Made by a program: the position numbers and the translations under genes. DNA of 64,000 nt, from NCBI GenBank assembly GCA_964016885.1, contig OZ024745.1:61876001-61940000 (forward strand), written 5' to 3'. Below, in pieces: positions 41,874 to 56,900 of this stretch (position 1 is its first letter; the number at the start of each line of letters is the position of its first letter). The stretch comes from Eledone cirrhosa. Taxonomy: Eukaryota. The notes under the pieces are model-generated. The model ran no database searches, had not been told where the DNA came from, and saw only the letters and a program-made list of their open reading frames with translations.

Positions 41874-42035
41874 ATAATTGTTTCCGCTTTTGGCACAAGG
41901 CCAGCAATTACCCAGTGCATTACTGGTACTTTATTTTATCGACCCCGTAAGGGGCAAAGTTAACCTCGGCGGGATTTGAACTCAGATCATACAGGGAGGT
42001 AACTCTATGCTTCAAAGCATGGCGTCCGACCCTCG
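41874..42035 (-). mobile_element. Meta-domain tRNA SINE copy (5'-truncated)
   Basis: Consensus match; gaataaataat flanks both ends. Confidence 0.9.
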
Positions 42036-42066
42036 AATAAATAATGAATGAATATTACATAATTTA

Positions 42067-42493
42067 TCTACTAAATTTCGTAAACAAAAATAATTTCGTA
42101 AAAATAAATAATTTAAAATTGACTTCTTTTCAAAGTTGCACTTCCGCTAAAACGTCGCCACCACCATCACTTCAACCGCCATATAGAAAGAGAGACTGTG
42201 TGACGTCAACACTTCCGGTGGTGATCGCCTAAATAAACATACTAATTTTCTGTCACTAATTTTCTCCTAATGCAGTTTATATATAATATCGCCTTTTTTT
42301 TTAATGTATCATGGATTACGTTACTGATTACATAAGACATTGTAACACAGTCTTCGTTCAATTTATGTATATATTGTCAATTACGATTTTATTTGATGTA
42401 TCATATCTACATGTATATAAACCTGCGTATAATATCAATATACACACTACACATGCTAGCAGAAAACCACCTGAAGGGTGGTTTTTCTGCTAG
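42067..42493 (+). mobile_element. Putative non-autonomous Helitron
   Basis: A|TCTACTAAA... 5' end; 3' hairpin ctagcagaaaaccacc-tgaag-ggtggtttttctg then CTAG|T; no TSD. Confidence 0.6.
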
Positions 42494-43062
42494 TGTAACT
42501 AATCTTAGAAGAATTCATTTTTCATATTAGATTATACATGCAATAGAATACGTCAGATTGCAACTCAAACTTCTCAAAATTACATGTATATATATCTACA
42601 ATTACAAACACTCATACACACACACATACATACATACATACATACATACATACATACATACATACATACATACATACATACATACATACATACATACATA
42701 CATACATACATACATACCTCAATACAAATCTTGACAAGCTAGGCTTCACATGAACTGAAATAACACAACTAGTTAGGAAATTACAAGTACAATCCATGGA
42801 ACAGTAAAAATACGTAAAACATTCCAAAAATTTTGCATCTAATAACTTCATATACACATGTACAGATACACATGCACATATACAACTCAAAACATCCACA
42901 TCCACACATACAATAACATCCATATCTACACATGCATGCATGCAGACATGCATACATATCTAGCTAGTTGATGTGTAAATTCCAATGAGAGAGTCTTGTG
43001 TCTATGTTAGAAACCGACTCTCTCTCTATTGGTAAACATTTGTGAAATTATAAAATCAGAAG

Positions 43063-43095
<33 letters not shown>

Positions 43096-43115
43096 CCCCC
43101 ACACACAATACACAG

Positions 43116-43154
<39 letters not shown>

Positions 43155-43646
43155 CAAGTTAATATAAATTAATATATGATAAACTCATAAGTGTTTGTAT
43201 TGTAAAAGACGAAGTTAGCTAGAATGAAATAAACTAATTTAAATAAACTAATTTAAATAAATTTATAATTTATACTAATTTATATTAATTTATAATTTAT
43301 ATTAATTTATATTAATTTATAATTTATATTAATTTATATTAATTTATATTAACTTGTATTTCACGGCTCAGAAATGCTTCTTTCTTTGAGCTAATTAATT
43401 GTAAAGGACTGTTTGAGTTTATAACTCTAAATATAATATAATATAATATATATATATATATATATGTATTTTTATTTTTAATTTTTATTTTTGAGTATGT
43501 GTTAGTTGTTTACCGACACCTCAGTATGCATGATTTCAGTTCCTTTGAGGACTAACAACACACCCAGGAGTTGGACATATCGATGAATAACAGGGTAGAA
43601 GCGATTACAACATCATGTTTTCCTGTTTTTTCGGCCTTAATTCTTA

Positions 43647-43699
43647 CTGCCTGATGAGGTCACACCCAATAATGGCTGTCACTGAAATATGTATAACAG
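43647..43699 (+). ncRNA. Type I hammerhead, diverged family C copy
   Basis: ctgc-CTGATGA-ggtcacacccaataatggctgtcact-GAAA-tatgta-TA-acag, followed by aataaacgaagctaa as at 26956. Confidence 0.65.
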
Positions 43700-43757
43700 C
43701 GAATTGGAATAAACGAAGCTAACTTTAACATGTTTGACTTACACTTATTATTTTATA

Positions 43758-43938
43758 GGGGGATTGGCAGTATCAGTAGAAGGTCGGACGCCATGCTTAC
43801 CAGCATAGTTACGTCCCTTTACCGTTTGAGTTCTAATCCCGCCAAGGTTAACTTTGCCTTTCATATTTACGGGGTAGATAAAATAAAGTACCAGTAATGC
43901 ACTGGGTAATTGCTGGCCTTGTGCCAAAAGTAGAAACA
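43758..43938 (+). mobile_element. Meta-domain tRNA SINE, TSD attattttata
   Basis: Consensus match and an 11-bp TSD. Confidence 0.92.
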
Positions 43939-44599
43939 ATTATTTTATATATATATATATTACTGAAAGAGGTAAATAGAGGAAGGGATAGAGGAGAGTG
44001 GAAGAAAGATAAAGACGAAAATGTACACAAGCAGTATATCTAATATTATATTGTTTGTCTTAAATCTTACATTTAGTCCTTAATGATATAATAGTATACT
44101 TTTTAATGACACTTTATCATCAGCAGTAAAATATTTAACCGGTTTCCTGCGTGTCGGTATTCATTAGAGTTTACTCTAAATATATGTTATTTAAACTTTG
44201 ACTTTGCAATAGAACGCTATGATGGTCACATGACTTGGTACATGAGTATTTTGACAATATTATTCCTAAACATTCAAGTGCCATTTCTATATGTTAATTG
44301 GTAATCTTTCCTAATTTGTTCTTGTTCGGTAATGTCATCTGAAAGTTGATAAATTGGAAAAATTCTGAAGCTGAGAAAAACGTCTCCCGGCTCGTTTCTT
44401 TTATTTAGATCTAGTGATCTTGGAAATCCACATGGGAGACAGAACTCTATATTAAAAATAGAGCATATATAATTCTATTTATTCCGTCTCTTATCAAGTT
44501 GCTTCAGCAAAGCGAGCTGGTTGTTCTAAGAAATTCCTCTCTGAAGAAGCTCAGCAAATAACTAGCTCACCTTCTATACTGTAGGCAGATACACACACA

Positions 44600-44689
<90 letters not shown>

Positions 44690-46154
44690 CACACACATAT
44701 ATGCTGTATATATATATATTTATATATATTGAGAAGTGCCCTACGATAAAGTTACATACAGAGTGGATAACCGAGACTGCAACAATTTTTATATAAATAC
44801 ACACAAATTTAATATGAAAGCATGTAAACATTCCAGAAAATACAAATTTTCCGGTAAACGGAAAAAAATGATAAACACCTTTTCGAACCTAATTGGGCCT
44901 TCATCAGAAGTAGTGTATATCATCCAAAAACCACAAGGAAACATCATTTAATAGGGATATATACCCATTCTTTCATAGGATTATTCTGAAATAGACATGC
45001 TAATTTGCATATAATAAGCGCTTGTAATGGTAATTACTTAAGAACTGGACGAGTAGCCGAAATCCACAATAATTAGAGACCGTCTTGATAATTAATCAAG
45101 ATATAAATTAGAATTTCTTAGCTACGGACTTTGAACTGGAATCCCGGTATATCAGATTCTGCTCAATAGCGTGAAACCTTCGGCAAGTGTTTTCTACTAT
45201 AGATTTTGTTTCCCCAGTCGATATTTCGATTATCTATTTGCCATACGTGATTCATAGTTTAAATTTGTAAGTTGTTTATTGTTCATGATTGAAACATGCA
45301 CAAAAATATTAATCCAAATAGTTAATGATAGCTGATATGTTTAAAAACCGTCCACTGATTTAAATCATTGAATACGCCTTATCACTCATGTGAAATAATA
45401 ATATTGCGAAACAAAACCTTCGCCATTTTGCAATCGTTCCTAATTTTGAAAAGAGTAATACAAACAAAACAGAAGCTTAAGATTAAAATCCCCCCATCAC
45501 AGATTATCATTACTGTGGTATTAGTTTTCCCCAGACGACAACACACATGTATGTATAAATACAATCACTGAAAACCCAAACAGAACACACGCAATCACTA
45601 ACGTTTCAGTTGTCAGATATTTCCTTTGTCTATATCATTATTCGCATGGTTACATTTTAATGGTCTGACCAATTATTATAGAACAAAATTCTTAGTTATG
45701 CCCGAAAGCTTCTGCAACTCATTATATTGCCAACGAATTACAACAACAATGAGGACAACACCAAAATCACTATGACAAAAAAGAATATTTACACAAAAAC
45801 TCAATGAATTATAAAAAAATATTACTACAAAAAAAGAGCGAATAAAATCATATTCTAATTGTTTTCACGTAATATTCAATGATTTCATAGTTGAGTGTAT
45901 TTTATTATTAAGTCATGAAGAAACAAAAACAATATTTGCTGTAGGGATAAATGTATTAGATTTGGTATCTTGAGTACTTAGTAAAGTTAATGCTGTTATC
46001 TTCAAAATGTGTATAAGTGGCCTTACCCAAAAACTAGGATCACTTAGAGATTATTTACAGACACACATACACTAACATACACACCCTAACACACACGCAA
46101 AAATACACACACACTCACACACACAGACACTTTCACACACACACACATATATAA

Positions 46155-46352
46155 TAATGGTTTCTGGTTTAAGCAGAAGGCCAATAATTTGGCGGAGAGC
46201 GAGAAAACGATGAAATCGATCCAGTACGCCACTGGTACTATATTTTATCGAGCCTGTATGGACGAAAGGCAAAGCTAACCTTAGCTAAGCTTCGTAACCA
46301 AATTCTACAAAGCATTTTGTCTGAAAGCTCTAACAATTCTGCCAATCCACCA
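46155..46352 (-). mobile_element. Older variant of the Meta-domain SINE (another partial copy at 47974-48115)
   Basis: cactggtactatattttatcgag..gacgaaaggcaaag..ctctaacaattctgccaatccacc. Confidence 0.7.
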
Positions 46353-49007
46353 GACATCTATAATAATGCATGTATGTATAGTCAATAGGCAGCTTTCGTT
46401 GATTTTTAGATTTTATGCTAATGCAATACCTCACTGCATTCCATATTCATAAGTATATATACCTATGCAGCTGATTTTATCGAATTAAATGATGAAAATC
46501 TCGATAATGTCACTACTGTTGTCTATTTACACCCTGCTGAAAACAACTTAGAGAAAATAAAATAAGAACGAAAACGAGTAAAAAAGCATATAGTCCATTA
46601 GACTATACTTTATGTATTATTGGCATATTTAGTATTTATTAAAAATTTATCAAAAAGAGAAAAATATCTAATATAAAATGTAGACTATATATTGACTATC
46701 GAAATGTCTAATATATTATGTATCGTTTAACCTGCTAAATATTTCTTTAATGTGTTATCCATGAAGCTTAGAGTGTTTTAGGTGATGTGAAAAGCATTAG
46801 TTTCATATAAAGAACGCAAAGAAAGCATTGATATCGAATATGAGCTAGAACACTGTATTTCCATAGAGACGGCTAAATTTATCAGACAATAAAATTCATA
46901 GATTCTATAAAATATTTGAAAGAGCAAAATTCCCTTAGCTATTCCGTTTTCACCTAAGAAACACTACCGTCTAAACTCTAATGATAAATACAATAAGGAA
47001 AAGTTGCTTCATATTGTTCTCACGCTATTTAAACATGGGAACTTTATTACTTCATTGTATTTATATATCTGTTGCTGTTGAGTCCTTGGATATCAATGAT
47101 TGAGTAAACCTTTGCTCAAAAGCGTTTTACCCAAGACTATCCTACAATTTAGAGACATTTGGATTTAAATTATCTAATTTTGTTTCATTTTCAATAGAGG
47201 GTATTACTATATGAGGGACATTTGTTTACTATTTGTATCTGATATTGAGTGACTACGATGCAACTTGTTTTTCGGCTCCTTTGTAGTGAATATTTACTCT
47301 TATTAAACTAAACTATGTGAAATGGAATGCTAGTGACATCATGCAAATAAGCATATCTGCTTCCTGACAATTTGGTATAGCATAAACGACTAGGTTATAT
47401 AACTGTTTTCACCCCCAAATTAACAGAAATCTTGATAGTTTTGACCATAGCTTTTACCCCTTGATTGGGTTCGTCTCATTTGTATCTATAAGGGACGTAG
47501 ACATTGAAATGTTTATTTAATTATCTTATATTAAATAAACGGACTCCACTCTACGGCTCTGCATATGTGTTAATTGTTTTCTTCCATAAACATCTTTAGC
47601 ACAAGAGAGTGAGATTGGGTAGATCGAGACAGTGCAAACGCCACCCAATTTATACTGTTCGGTGCTGTTCTTAATTCGTCACTTAATTAGATGCCATGGT
47701 CACAAGCTTTAAGTCATTTAAATGAGTCCAGTCTGATGTATGCTCAGAATAACTTAATGTCTTGGTACTCTGCATTCTCTGAGTCCTGATTTTCACCACT
47801 AGCTTACAACCACCAGTCAGGTAGATGATAAAGAATATTCTGTATCATCTACCTTCCCCGTCTGACTAAACCGTAATCATGCTTAATAACTTAATGGCGG
47901 GATGACAGAAATTGTGCCTCAAAGTCGATTTCATCGGACAAAATATTTGATATGCACTTTTTTATTGACATTAATAATTGTTTCTACTTTTTGGCACAAG
48001 GCCAGCAATTACCCAGTACATAACTAGTACTTTATTTTATCGACCTCGTAAGGATGAAAGGCAATTAATAATGAAATATGAAAGTTTCACATGCAGAATT
48101 TGAACTTAGAACATTAAGATGACCTAAATAAATATAACAATGCAATTTCGCCGATAGTTTACTTCCTTTGTATATATATATATATGTTTAAAAGAAGTAG
48201 AATTAATAGTAAAAAATATATTAGCAAGCAAATTGGCAAAGTCTGCAGAGCTGGAGAAAAGAGATTTACAGTTGACAAATTATAATATTAAAGAAAATAT
48301 AAAAAATATAAAAAGGCAAAAAATATAAAAAGAAACAAAAATAAAATGACTTTAAATAAAATATTTAAAAGCATTAAGGTCATGATTCCTAAAAATAATT
48401 GTAAAATTATAAATTTTGAGATTTGAAAAATAATTGACAAAAGATTTTTATTTACAAAATTATGGATTTCTAATTGTTTTCATATGCACTCATGCTGTAT
48501 ATTTTCATATGTCTTTTCAAATAATCCAACTTCTCAATATCTACCTAAGTATATATCTATCTTTCTACCTATCTATCTATTTATCAATCTACCAATCTAT
48601 ATATTTCGTTCTTTATTAGTTATTTGCTTTATATGTTCTTTTTCCAATGTGAGCAATGACGTGGGCATATTAAGTAACATGTAAATGATAGAATATGACA
48701 AGAATGAAAAAAGAAAGACATAGAAAATGATTTCAACACAAGAGTATTGTTTCTTGACATATTTCGACAAAAATATATTCTAAATGATATTAACAACACA
48801 CAAAAAAACTCTAGCATAGATGATGTCACAAACAAAGAAAAAAACAAACAAACAAAACAACAGCGATGGCAATAATAATAATGTTTTATAACATTGATCT
48901 CATTATCATTGTCAAATTAGTCATACTGAAACATATATATATATATATACATGTATATATATATATTTTATATATGTTTATATATATCTTTATAGATGTT
49001 TATATAC

Positions 49008-49098
<91 letters not shown>

Positions 49099-49198
49099 GT
49101 ATATATATATATATATATTATATATGTATATATATATATATATATTTTATATATGTTTATATATATATTTTTATATATGTTTATATATATACATACAT

Positions 49199-49246
<48 letters not shown>

Positions 49247-49717
49247 CTATGTATATAAATGCATGTTAAAGTTTTATCTATATAAGAAAACAAATAAATC
49301 TACCAACACACGTACACATGCCCAGAAAACAACACACACCCGTATGTTGACTAAAATATAACAGAAAGACAAATATGAAAAGTATATATAACTAAATATA
49401 CTTCTTCATACGAGTGTTCACATTTACTTAAACATCCACACTTATATAATCTCTGATTTCAAATTTTATCTAAGTTAAAATACCTTTTAGCATTTTTGAG
49501 TTCAAACAATGAAGTAATCTTCGAATACTGAAGGTGATTTCATACTATTCTCTATATTCCTCTCCTTATTCCAAGTCCCTGGACAAAATATCAGCTGCCT
49601 GTAGACATGGAGTGGGTTGGGATCTGTGATGTTTGAAATTCTTAAAGTTATGTCATGACGCTACGCCTATTACTTCTTCAGAGTTTGCGGGTACACCTTT
49701 CTTACTCGCACAAAGAC

Positions 49718-49718
49718 A

Positions 49719-49782
<64 letters not shown>

Positions 49783-49802
49783 CACACGCACGCACGCACG
49801 GA

Positions 49803-49864
<62 letters not shown>
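49718..49864. repeat. (GCAC)n microsatellite
   Basis: Directly visible. Confidence 0.97.
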
Positions 49865-49866
<2 letters not shown>

Positions 49867-50692
49867 TATATTAAGGTAGGTATTCGCTCTATCATAGCTG
49901 TATACATATAGGCATACGTATTTTATACATCTAGCGTTATACGTATGTTTACAAATACATATTTGTAAGCTTTCAGCCACGAACTTTGTAAACTGATGAC
50001 ACACAGCCATCTAGCGAATTCCTGCAGAAGGAACGAAGATCATCGTTTCTGACTCCGGTCGTTATCAGCTCTATATGTAAATGAGACTAATCAGTCTATA
50101 AGTGTCGCAATGATATGTTTTCGCCTATATTGAGTTCCAACAGAAAACAGGGTAAGGAAGAATTGTATTGATAACATTGATAACAACCAGAGTCATCAAC
50201 GATGATCGTCGTCGACAGTTACCCACACTTGCTTCTGCTGGAATCCGGTAGATGTGGCTACGTCATTAGTTTCCAAACTTCGTAGCAGTAGGATTTCAAA
50301 TTGTACATACTGCTCCTCTGTCTCTCTTTGCTAACGGCTGTTTGGTGCGACGTCGCCTATTCGTGTGTGTACGCCCACCCCCGCGTGTGTATCTGTCTAG
50401 AATCCGGAAAATATGTTATGTGTTAATCATTCACTTCTCACTGACATCTGTGAGAAATCGATTTTGCCTGTCTGGCTGCCCTATCAGATAAAGATAAATA
50501 TAGTATACTAAGAACGTCTAAATTATTTGTGATGTGTTAGCCAATGCACCCTATAATTTCCCGTTAGATCTACTAAATACTGAACTGAACAATTTCCAAC
50601 CTGCTAAAGGGGGAAAGCGAGTGAGAGAGAGAGAGTGAAAGAGAGAGAGACTGAGAGAGAGAGAGAGAGAGAGAGGGGGGAGTGAGAGAGAA

Positions 50693-50761
<69 letters not shown>

Positions 50762-51288
50762 AATAGAATATAATAAGTTAAACCATGTGTTGTAGTTCGT
50801 TTTCACTCATCACATTTATAATTGAAATATTTCTCGAGTACAATGTCTCTTTCATCGGGCGCCAATAAATTGAAATAAATATAATGTTCCTGTGTCGGTA
50901 TAGTAGACTGAAACACCATTAAACACGATACCTTTCAGTGGTTGTAGTTCAATAGGTGAAACCACATATAGGTGTTACGCGCTTTCAGCTTCATCAAATT
51001 TAACTTATCGTTTCACGATACCATTGAATAATGTAACCATAGGTGCACTCTGTCAGAAATATGCTGGGATAGAATGTATTTCTCAATAGATTTGCTTGTT
51101 TAGAGCTAACCAGAATGTGAAGTATAAAGACAATAACATTTATGCCCATGTTCCAATGTATGAAATCCTTAATTAAATTAGAATATAAAATATTTCAATA
51201 CATAGACTATTAATAACCCTTCAAAGAAAACTACGCAGTGAAGTAAATGTAACATTGATTATGAACTAATATTATTTGTTTTGATTGT

Positions 51289-51473
51289 GGGCGGTGGATT
51301 GGCAGTATCGGTGGAGGGTCGGACGCCATGTTTTCCAGCATAGTTACGTCCCTTTACGATCTGAGTTCAAATCCCGCCGAGGTTGACTTTGCCTTTCATC
51401 CTTACGGGGTCGATAAAATAAAGTACCAGTAATGCACTGGGTAATTGCTGGCCTTGTGCCTAAAGTAGAAACA
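51289..51473 (+). mobile_element. Full-length Meta-domain tRNA SINE with an 18-bp TSD
   Basis: A box tggcagtatcgg, B box gagttcaaatcc. TSD attatttgttttg(a/g)ttgt at 51271-51288 and 51474-51491. Confidence 0.95.
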
Positions 51474-53107
51474 ATTATTTGTTTTGGTTGTTTTGGTAAG
51501 TAAGGGTTATAAATATGGACATAATTCCGCCGGGAACCATAAGTTATAACATATTTGCTGTTGTAGCGATTAGAGGATCATGAAGGAAACGTGGAAGAAT
51601 ATAAACTTGTAGGTTTAATAAATAGGTCTATTCAGGGAAACATTTGCTCATTGATGCCATACGTATGGTATAACGATGCTGAAGTTAATGTCAACTCTAT
51701 AGAGTTAGATCTTTTTTGTGGGAGGGAAAAAATGGTATCTAAACTTCAACTCGTAAAAGTCTGACTGACCCAATGTAAATATTTCAGGTACCTTGTTACA
51801 AAATTGTGTTCTACTAACTGGAACATGCATACATACATACATTTAAATTTATGTATTAAGCTCACAAAGATTGAAAAGAATGAGAGATCAGTAAAACGGT
51901 GTAGGTAACTGAGTCATAATTACAACTATTTAGGTTCGGCGTTCAAACTGCATGATTAGCGTAACTTTTCAACCATTCGGGTTTAATAAAATAACATTCA
52001 ATAACTAAGGTCGAATAAATTGACAGTGTTGTTCTACGAAATGTGTGATCTTGTGCCAACGTAAGCACCTATTATTTTATAAGCAAAGATAACCCTTATT
52101 TGCAGTTGATGTGTTAACGTTATAACGTAATGCTATAAATATGTGTCGCTCTGTTGCCTTTGAAAATAGAAAGCCATCAAACGAATCAATTTTCTTTCCG
52201 ACGTCTTTCAACTGTCAGCAGCACACTATGCCCTGTTCAAAGGATAGTTCTCAATTGTTAGCTTCAATCAGTTTGAACCATAACAATTATTCTAATCCAT
52301 ATAATGTTTGTAATTCTAATGTACACCACTCATGATAGACCTAGAAGATCATATTAAATAAAAGGTACACTGTTGTAGTTCGTTGTCCATATGCTGAATC
52401 AGGAAATCATTTTTGTAAAACTGCTAACATAAAATCGGTGTTCAAAATTAGATACTTTGAAAACGTTACCGTATCAGATGTGTATTGTTAATGGTGTTAA
52501 CGTACAGGTTAGCTGTAATCGAGCAGAATCAGGACCAAAACCTTCTAGGTAGGACACATTTGGCAGATATAGTTTATCTTACCTTATACTATTTAATATG
52601 TCATTCCGTTTTCGTTTTTATTTTAGAAATACAGTAGTAGATTGTACTTTGCTAGAGAATTGGATTCAATTTAAAAAAAACTGGGTGATCCAGTAGGGCT
52701 GGTACGTATATTGTTGTGGCACTCAGCACCGTAACATCATTGGCTGAAAACATGAAAGATTATTGTTGATCAGCTTTATGGTTACGTCGGACCAACTGGA
52801 ATATGGTCGAAGACATTCTTGTCATATACATACTTAACTATAGTATTCGATGTGTCTTTTTATGACTGTGGAAAACTTTAGGGAAACTTGCTTGCTATTT
52901 CTAGTAAGTGTAGCAACTGCTTAGACATTAAGGCCAGCATGGCTCAAGAGACGTGTTATTCAATACAGTATAATATAGTAATTATAAAGTTAATCCCCTC
53001 CACAAGTTTTGCTATTAATTGAATGTTGATCATTTTAAGAATGTCACTATCATTTGAAAGAATTGAGACCCCTATATTGTTGTGCACATCCAGATCTCTC
53101 ATGTGCG

Positions 53108-54052
53108 ATCATACCTATGATCAAATGAATGCAAACAATGCTGCATTTCGGTTACTTATAATTAATCCCGATTCCAATTTCCTGGGAATCTCGTAAGAAA
53201 ATAGTTACCAAGAAAAGATAGGCAAGTGTATTAGAATTGAGAGCGAGTTGGTTGTTTTGTCTATGGTAACACTAACCCAGCTATAACCCGATATCAACTA
53301 CTTCGAGCTATCAAAAGGTAATTTTTATTACCCAATATGTCACTTCCGGATATGGATCCTAGAGAGAACCATATATACAGTCAATGGAACAACTAAATAT
53401 AAGCTACCTCCATGCTTATCGGCATTCGAAAAATTACTCACTATATGGGGATCTTCTGTTTTGTATGTAAACTTTACAATGGCATAGTTTTCAGCATGTA
53501 ACCCAGTTGAGTACATAATGGTTTATGATCACTGCTTTTATTAAAATATTTAATACTGCTGATAATATTCTCTGAAGTAGACCCTGTCGAATGACATTTC
53601 ATTAACATATAACGTCTCTTTTATAATGTAGGGTTCGAATAGTAATTAATTCTAGATTCCAACTTGGTGAATTTGCTGTTTCCCCCATTTACAGAGTAAC
53701 GATAACAGCCACAAAGACATTTGTATTGTCTCATTAAAATACTATTGTCTGCAATGTCCAATCATCTGCAAGAACGCTCTGGGATGATTCATCACCATGA
53801 ATATTTGAACGGAACATCATACGCATTAATAATGTACGCTTCTTCATTTTTTATATTCTATACACATATACGAATGCGGACAATAATCCCTAGATACACA
53901 TGTACGTATATATATATATCATACCTATGATCAAATAAATGCAAACAATGCTGCTTTTCACTTACTTATATTTAATCCCGATTCCAATTCCCTGGGAATC
54001 TGGTAAGAAAATAGTTGCCAAGAAAAGATAGGCAAGTGTATTAGAATTGAGA
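53108..54052. repeat. 135 bp direct repeats 810 bp apart (53108-53242 and 53918-54052)
   Basis: atcatacctatgatcaaat.aatgcaaacaatgctgc...caagaaaagataggcaagtgtattagaattgaga occurs twice. Confidence 0.9.
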
Positions 54053-54054
54053 AA

Positions 54055-55000
54055 GTGTTATTAGTGATTTCTCGCTGGTTAGCTTTGATGTCACTAACCT
54101 ATTTATATAGCGAAGCGTAGCTGAAGTGTTCGAATGTTTTGGTCGATATTGCAGAAATCTCTCCCTTTGTATTATTGAATGTATATCAACTCTTTCGAAC
54201 GCAGTATTTAGTGTAGTGAGCTGCGACCTAGAAGAATTAAGGGAGGAGGCAGATCGCTTCCGGAAAATCTTGGAAATAGAGGATTTAAGTGTAATTTAGA
54301 GTTAAGAAAATGGTTGAGGAAGGGAGCTTATGATAGATTGTCAGGGTGGTATATTGGGGAAAGAGCTCAATGTAGTATTTATAGAGGTATTGGTGAAACA
54401 GAAGTAGTATTAGTGGCAGCGGTAGCATTGGCAATGGTAGGAATAGATGTAAGAGGTGTAATCCACTTCAACTGATATACCGTTTTAAAAAGTTGGCCTC
54501 TTTATAAAGCTTCAATTTATCAGTGTTACCTTGGCATACAAGGAACTTTGGCCAATAACAAAGTAGTTCCAATTCCTCAGTAGTCAGGGAGATAGATAGA
54601 TTGTTCAGACGTGGTTTGGTTTGCTGGCAGTTTTATCGGCGGTGTCAGTAACGCCATAGTGTCTTGGCAGTTTCCGTTAGAAGGGTAGCCCATAGTGTTG
54701 GCTGTATTGGTGGTGGTATTGTTATAAACCGAGCGGTGGTACTGCTTATGCAGAATCCCATAGAAGGTGTATGTGAGGCGTTTTTTTATTGTTCTTTTAT
54801 TTATGCCGAAATTGTGTATGACGATGTTGCGTGAAGATTTTGGTAGAAGTATGTTTCGTATAGTGTTAGGAAATGTGTTTTGTTTTAGACACAGGTTAAG
54901 GAAGTTGATTTGACAACAGAGGTTAGCATGCTTGCCGATAATTTGAACAGTGTCAGCATGCTAGTAAATTCAGCCTGGCTCAGGCGTGATGAGAATAAAG
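54055..55000 (-). pseudogene. Old degenerate Penelope N-terminal region with a short inverted RT fragment
   Basis: The - strand reads LNNLSISLTTEELELLCYWPKF (NLS..LT..E..LL..GPKF motif) at ~54543-54608. The + strand reads LVSFDVTNLF (RT motif A) at 54075-54104. Confidence 0.5.
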
Positions 55001-56276
55001 TGTTAGTGTTTAAATGAAGCATTTTGAGATCTGTAATAAATAAGGCCTTCGGAAAGCCGCTAGAATACAGATAGAATCATAAAGATGGTACAGGGTTAAA
55101 AGAATGACAAAACAAAACAATATGTTATCCAATATATTTCTTCGTGACATTTCAAGGTAAAGACCTTTTCAAATGATGAATAAGGACGCAGATAAACGAG
55201 AGATAGTTTTCTCGCGAGCATCTCCTGTGTTGTATGTGTGATTTTAAAATACTGCAATTTAAGCAACATGATTAGGAGTAGGCTAGTGTGACCTAGACTA
55301 ATGGTTATGTCATTTTAATGATAAACTACACACACACACACACACACATATATAGATATATAACCTCGCAAAATTGTAAGATAACTAAATGATCATATAT
55401 TCTAATTAAACCAAAATTGTCACCTCATCATAACATGTACGTATTACTGGAAAAATTTGCTCAAATCTTATGTATGTATGACTACCTTTAATCAATTTTA
55501 TATCGATTGTATTCGAGATTCGAAGTCTGGGCGTGTTGCTTTACCGAAAGGATTAAACAGTGATGGTTAGCTTGTTCACATAGATATGTTTCATAAGATA
55601 TTGATAGTTCTGGTAGCAGAAAAAAAGGAACAAAAATAGGCCTATGATATTTTGAAGTAATGCTTTCTACACTGAAAGTTTGTACGGCATTAATACGGTT
55701 TAATAGAAATATTTACTTATGGAAAATATATATACACATTTCACATTATACACAATAAGTAGTGTTCCATTATGTGAAAATGATTTCAGTCTCAGTTTTA
55801 ACTTTTACACGGAAGCACCCTTAAATTTATCATACATCTTTTCAAGATCTTCCCAAGACTTGTTATGGGGCTTAGTCGATAACAACACTTAGATCTAGAT
55901 TATGTTGGGAATTGTTTCTAGCACTGCAATTAGTAAAGTATTCTCAATATGTCTTGAAGAATCGATGTTTACACACAAATAGCCCATTACATCCTCTAAC
56001 GTATATTCGTTCATTATCTTACAGGTTTCAATGATTTGACTGCGGTATGTTGCAGCACCTCCAATCAAGTGTTTTACACGATCGGAGCAATCCTAGGTAT
56101 TATTTCAAATAGGTACTTATTATATTTTGAACACGAGAGCAGTTGCATAACGGGCGATGTTTTACGAAACTCATAAATACAGAAATCCATCTATAAATAT
56201 ATAAATATATATATATATGAGTGTGTGCGTATTTGTGTGTATACACACACGCACACACACACACACACATACACAC

Positions 56277-56894
<618 letters not shown>

Positions 56895-56900
<6 letters not shown>

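Noticed and set aside
44870-44913. CTGATGA-aggcc..ggttc-GAAA on the minus strand
   Set aside because: Helices I and III cannot be formed; at best a decayed HHR.
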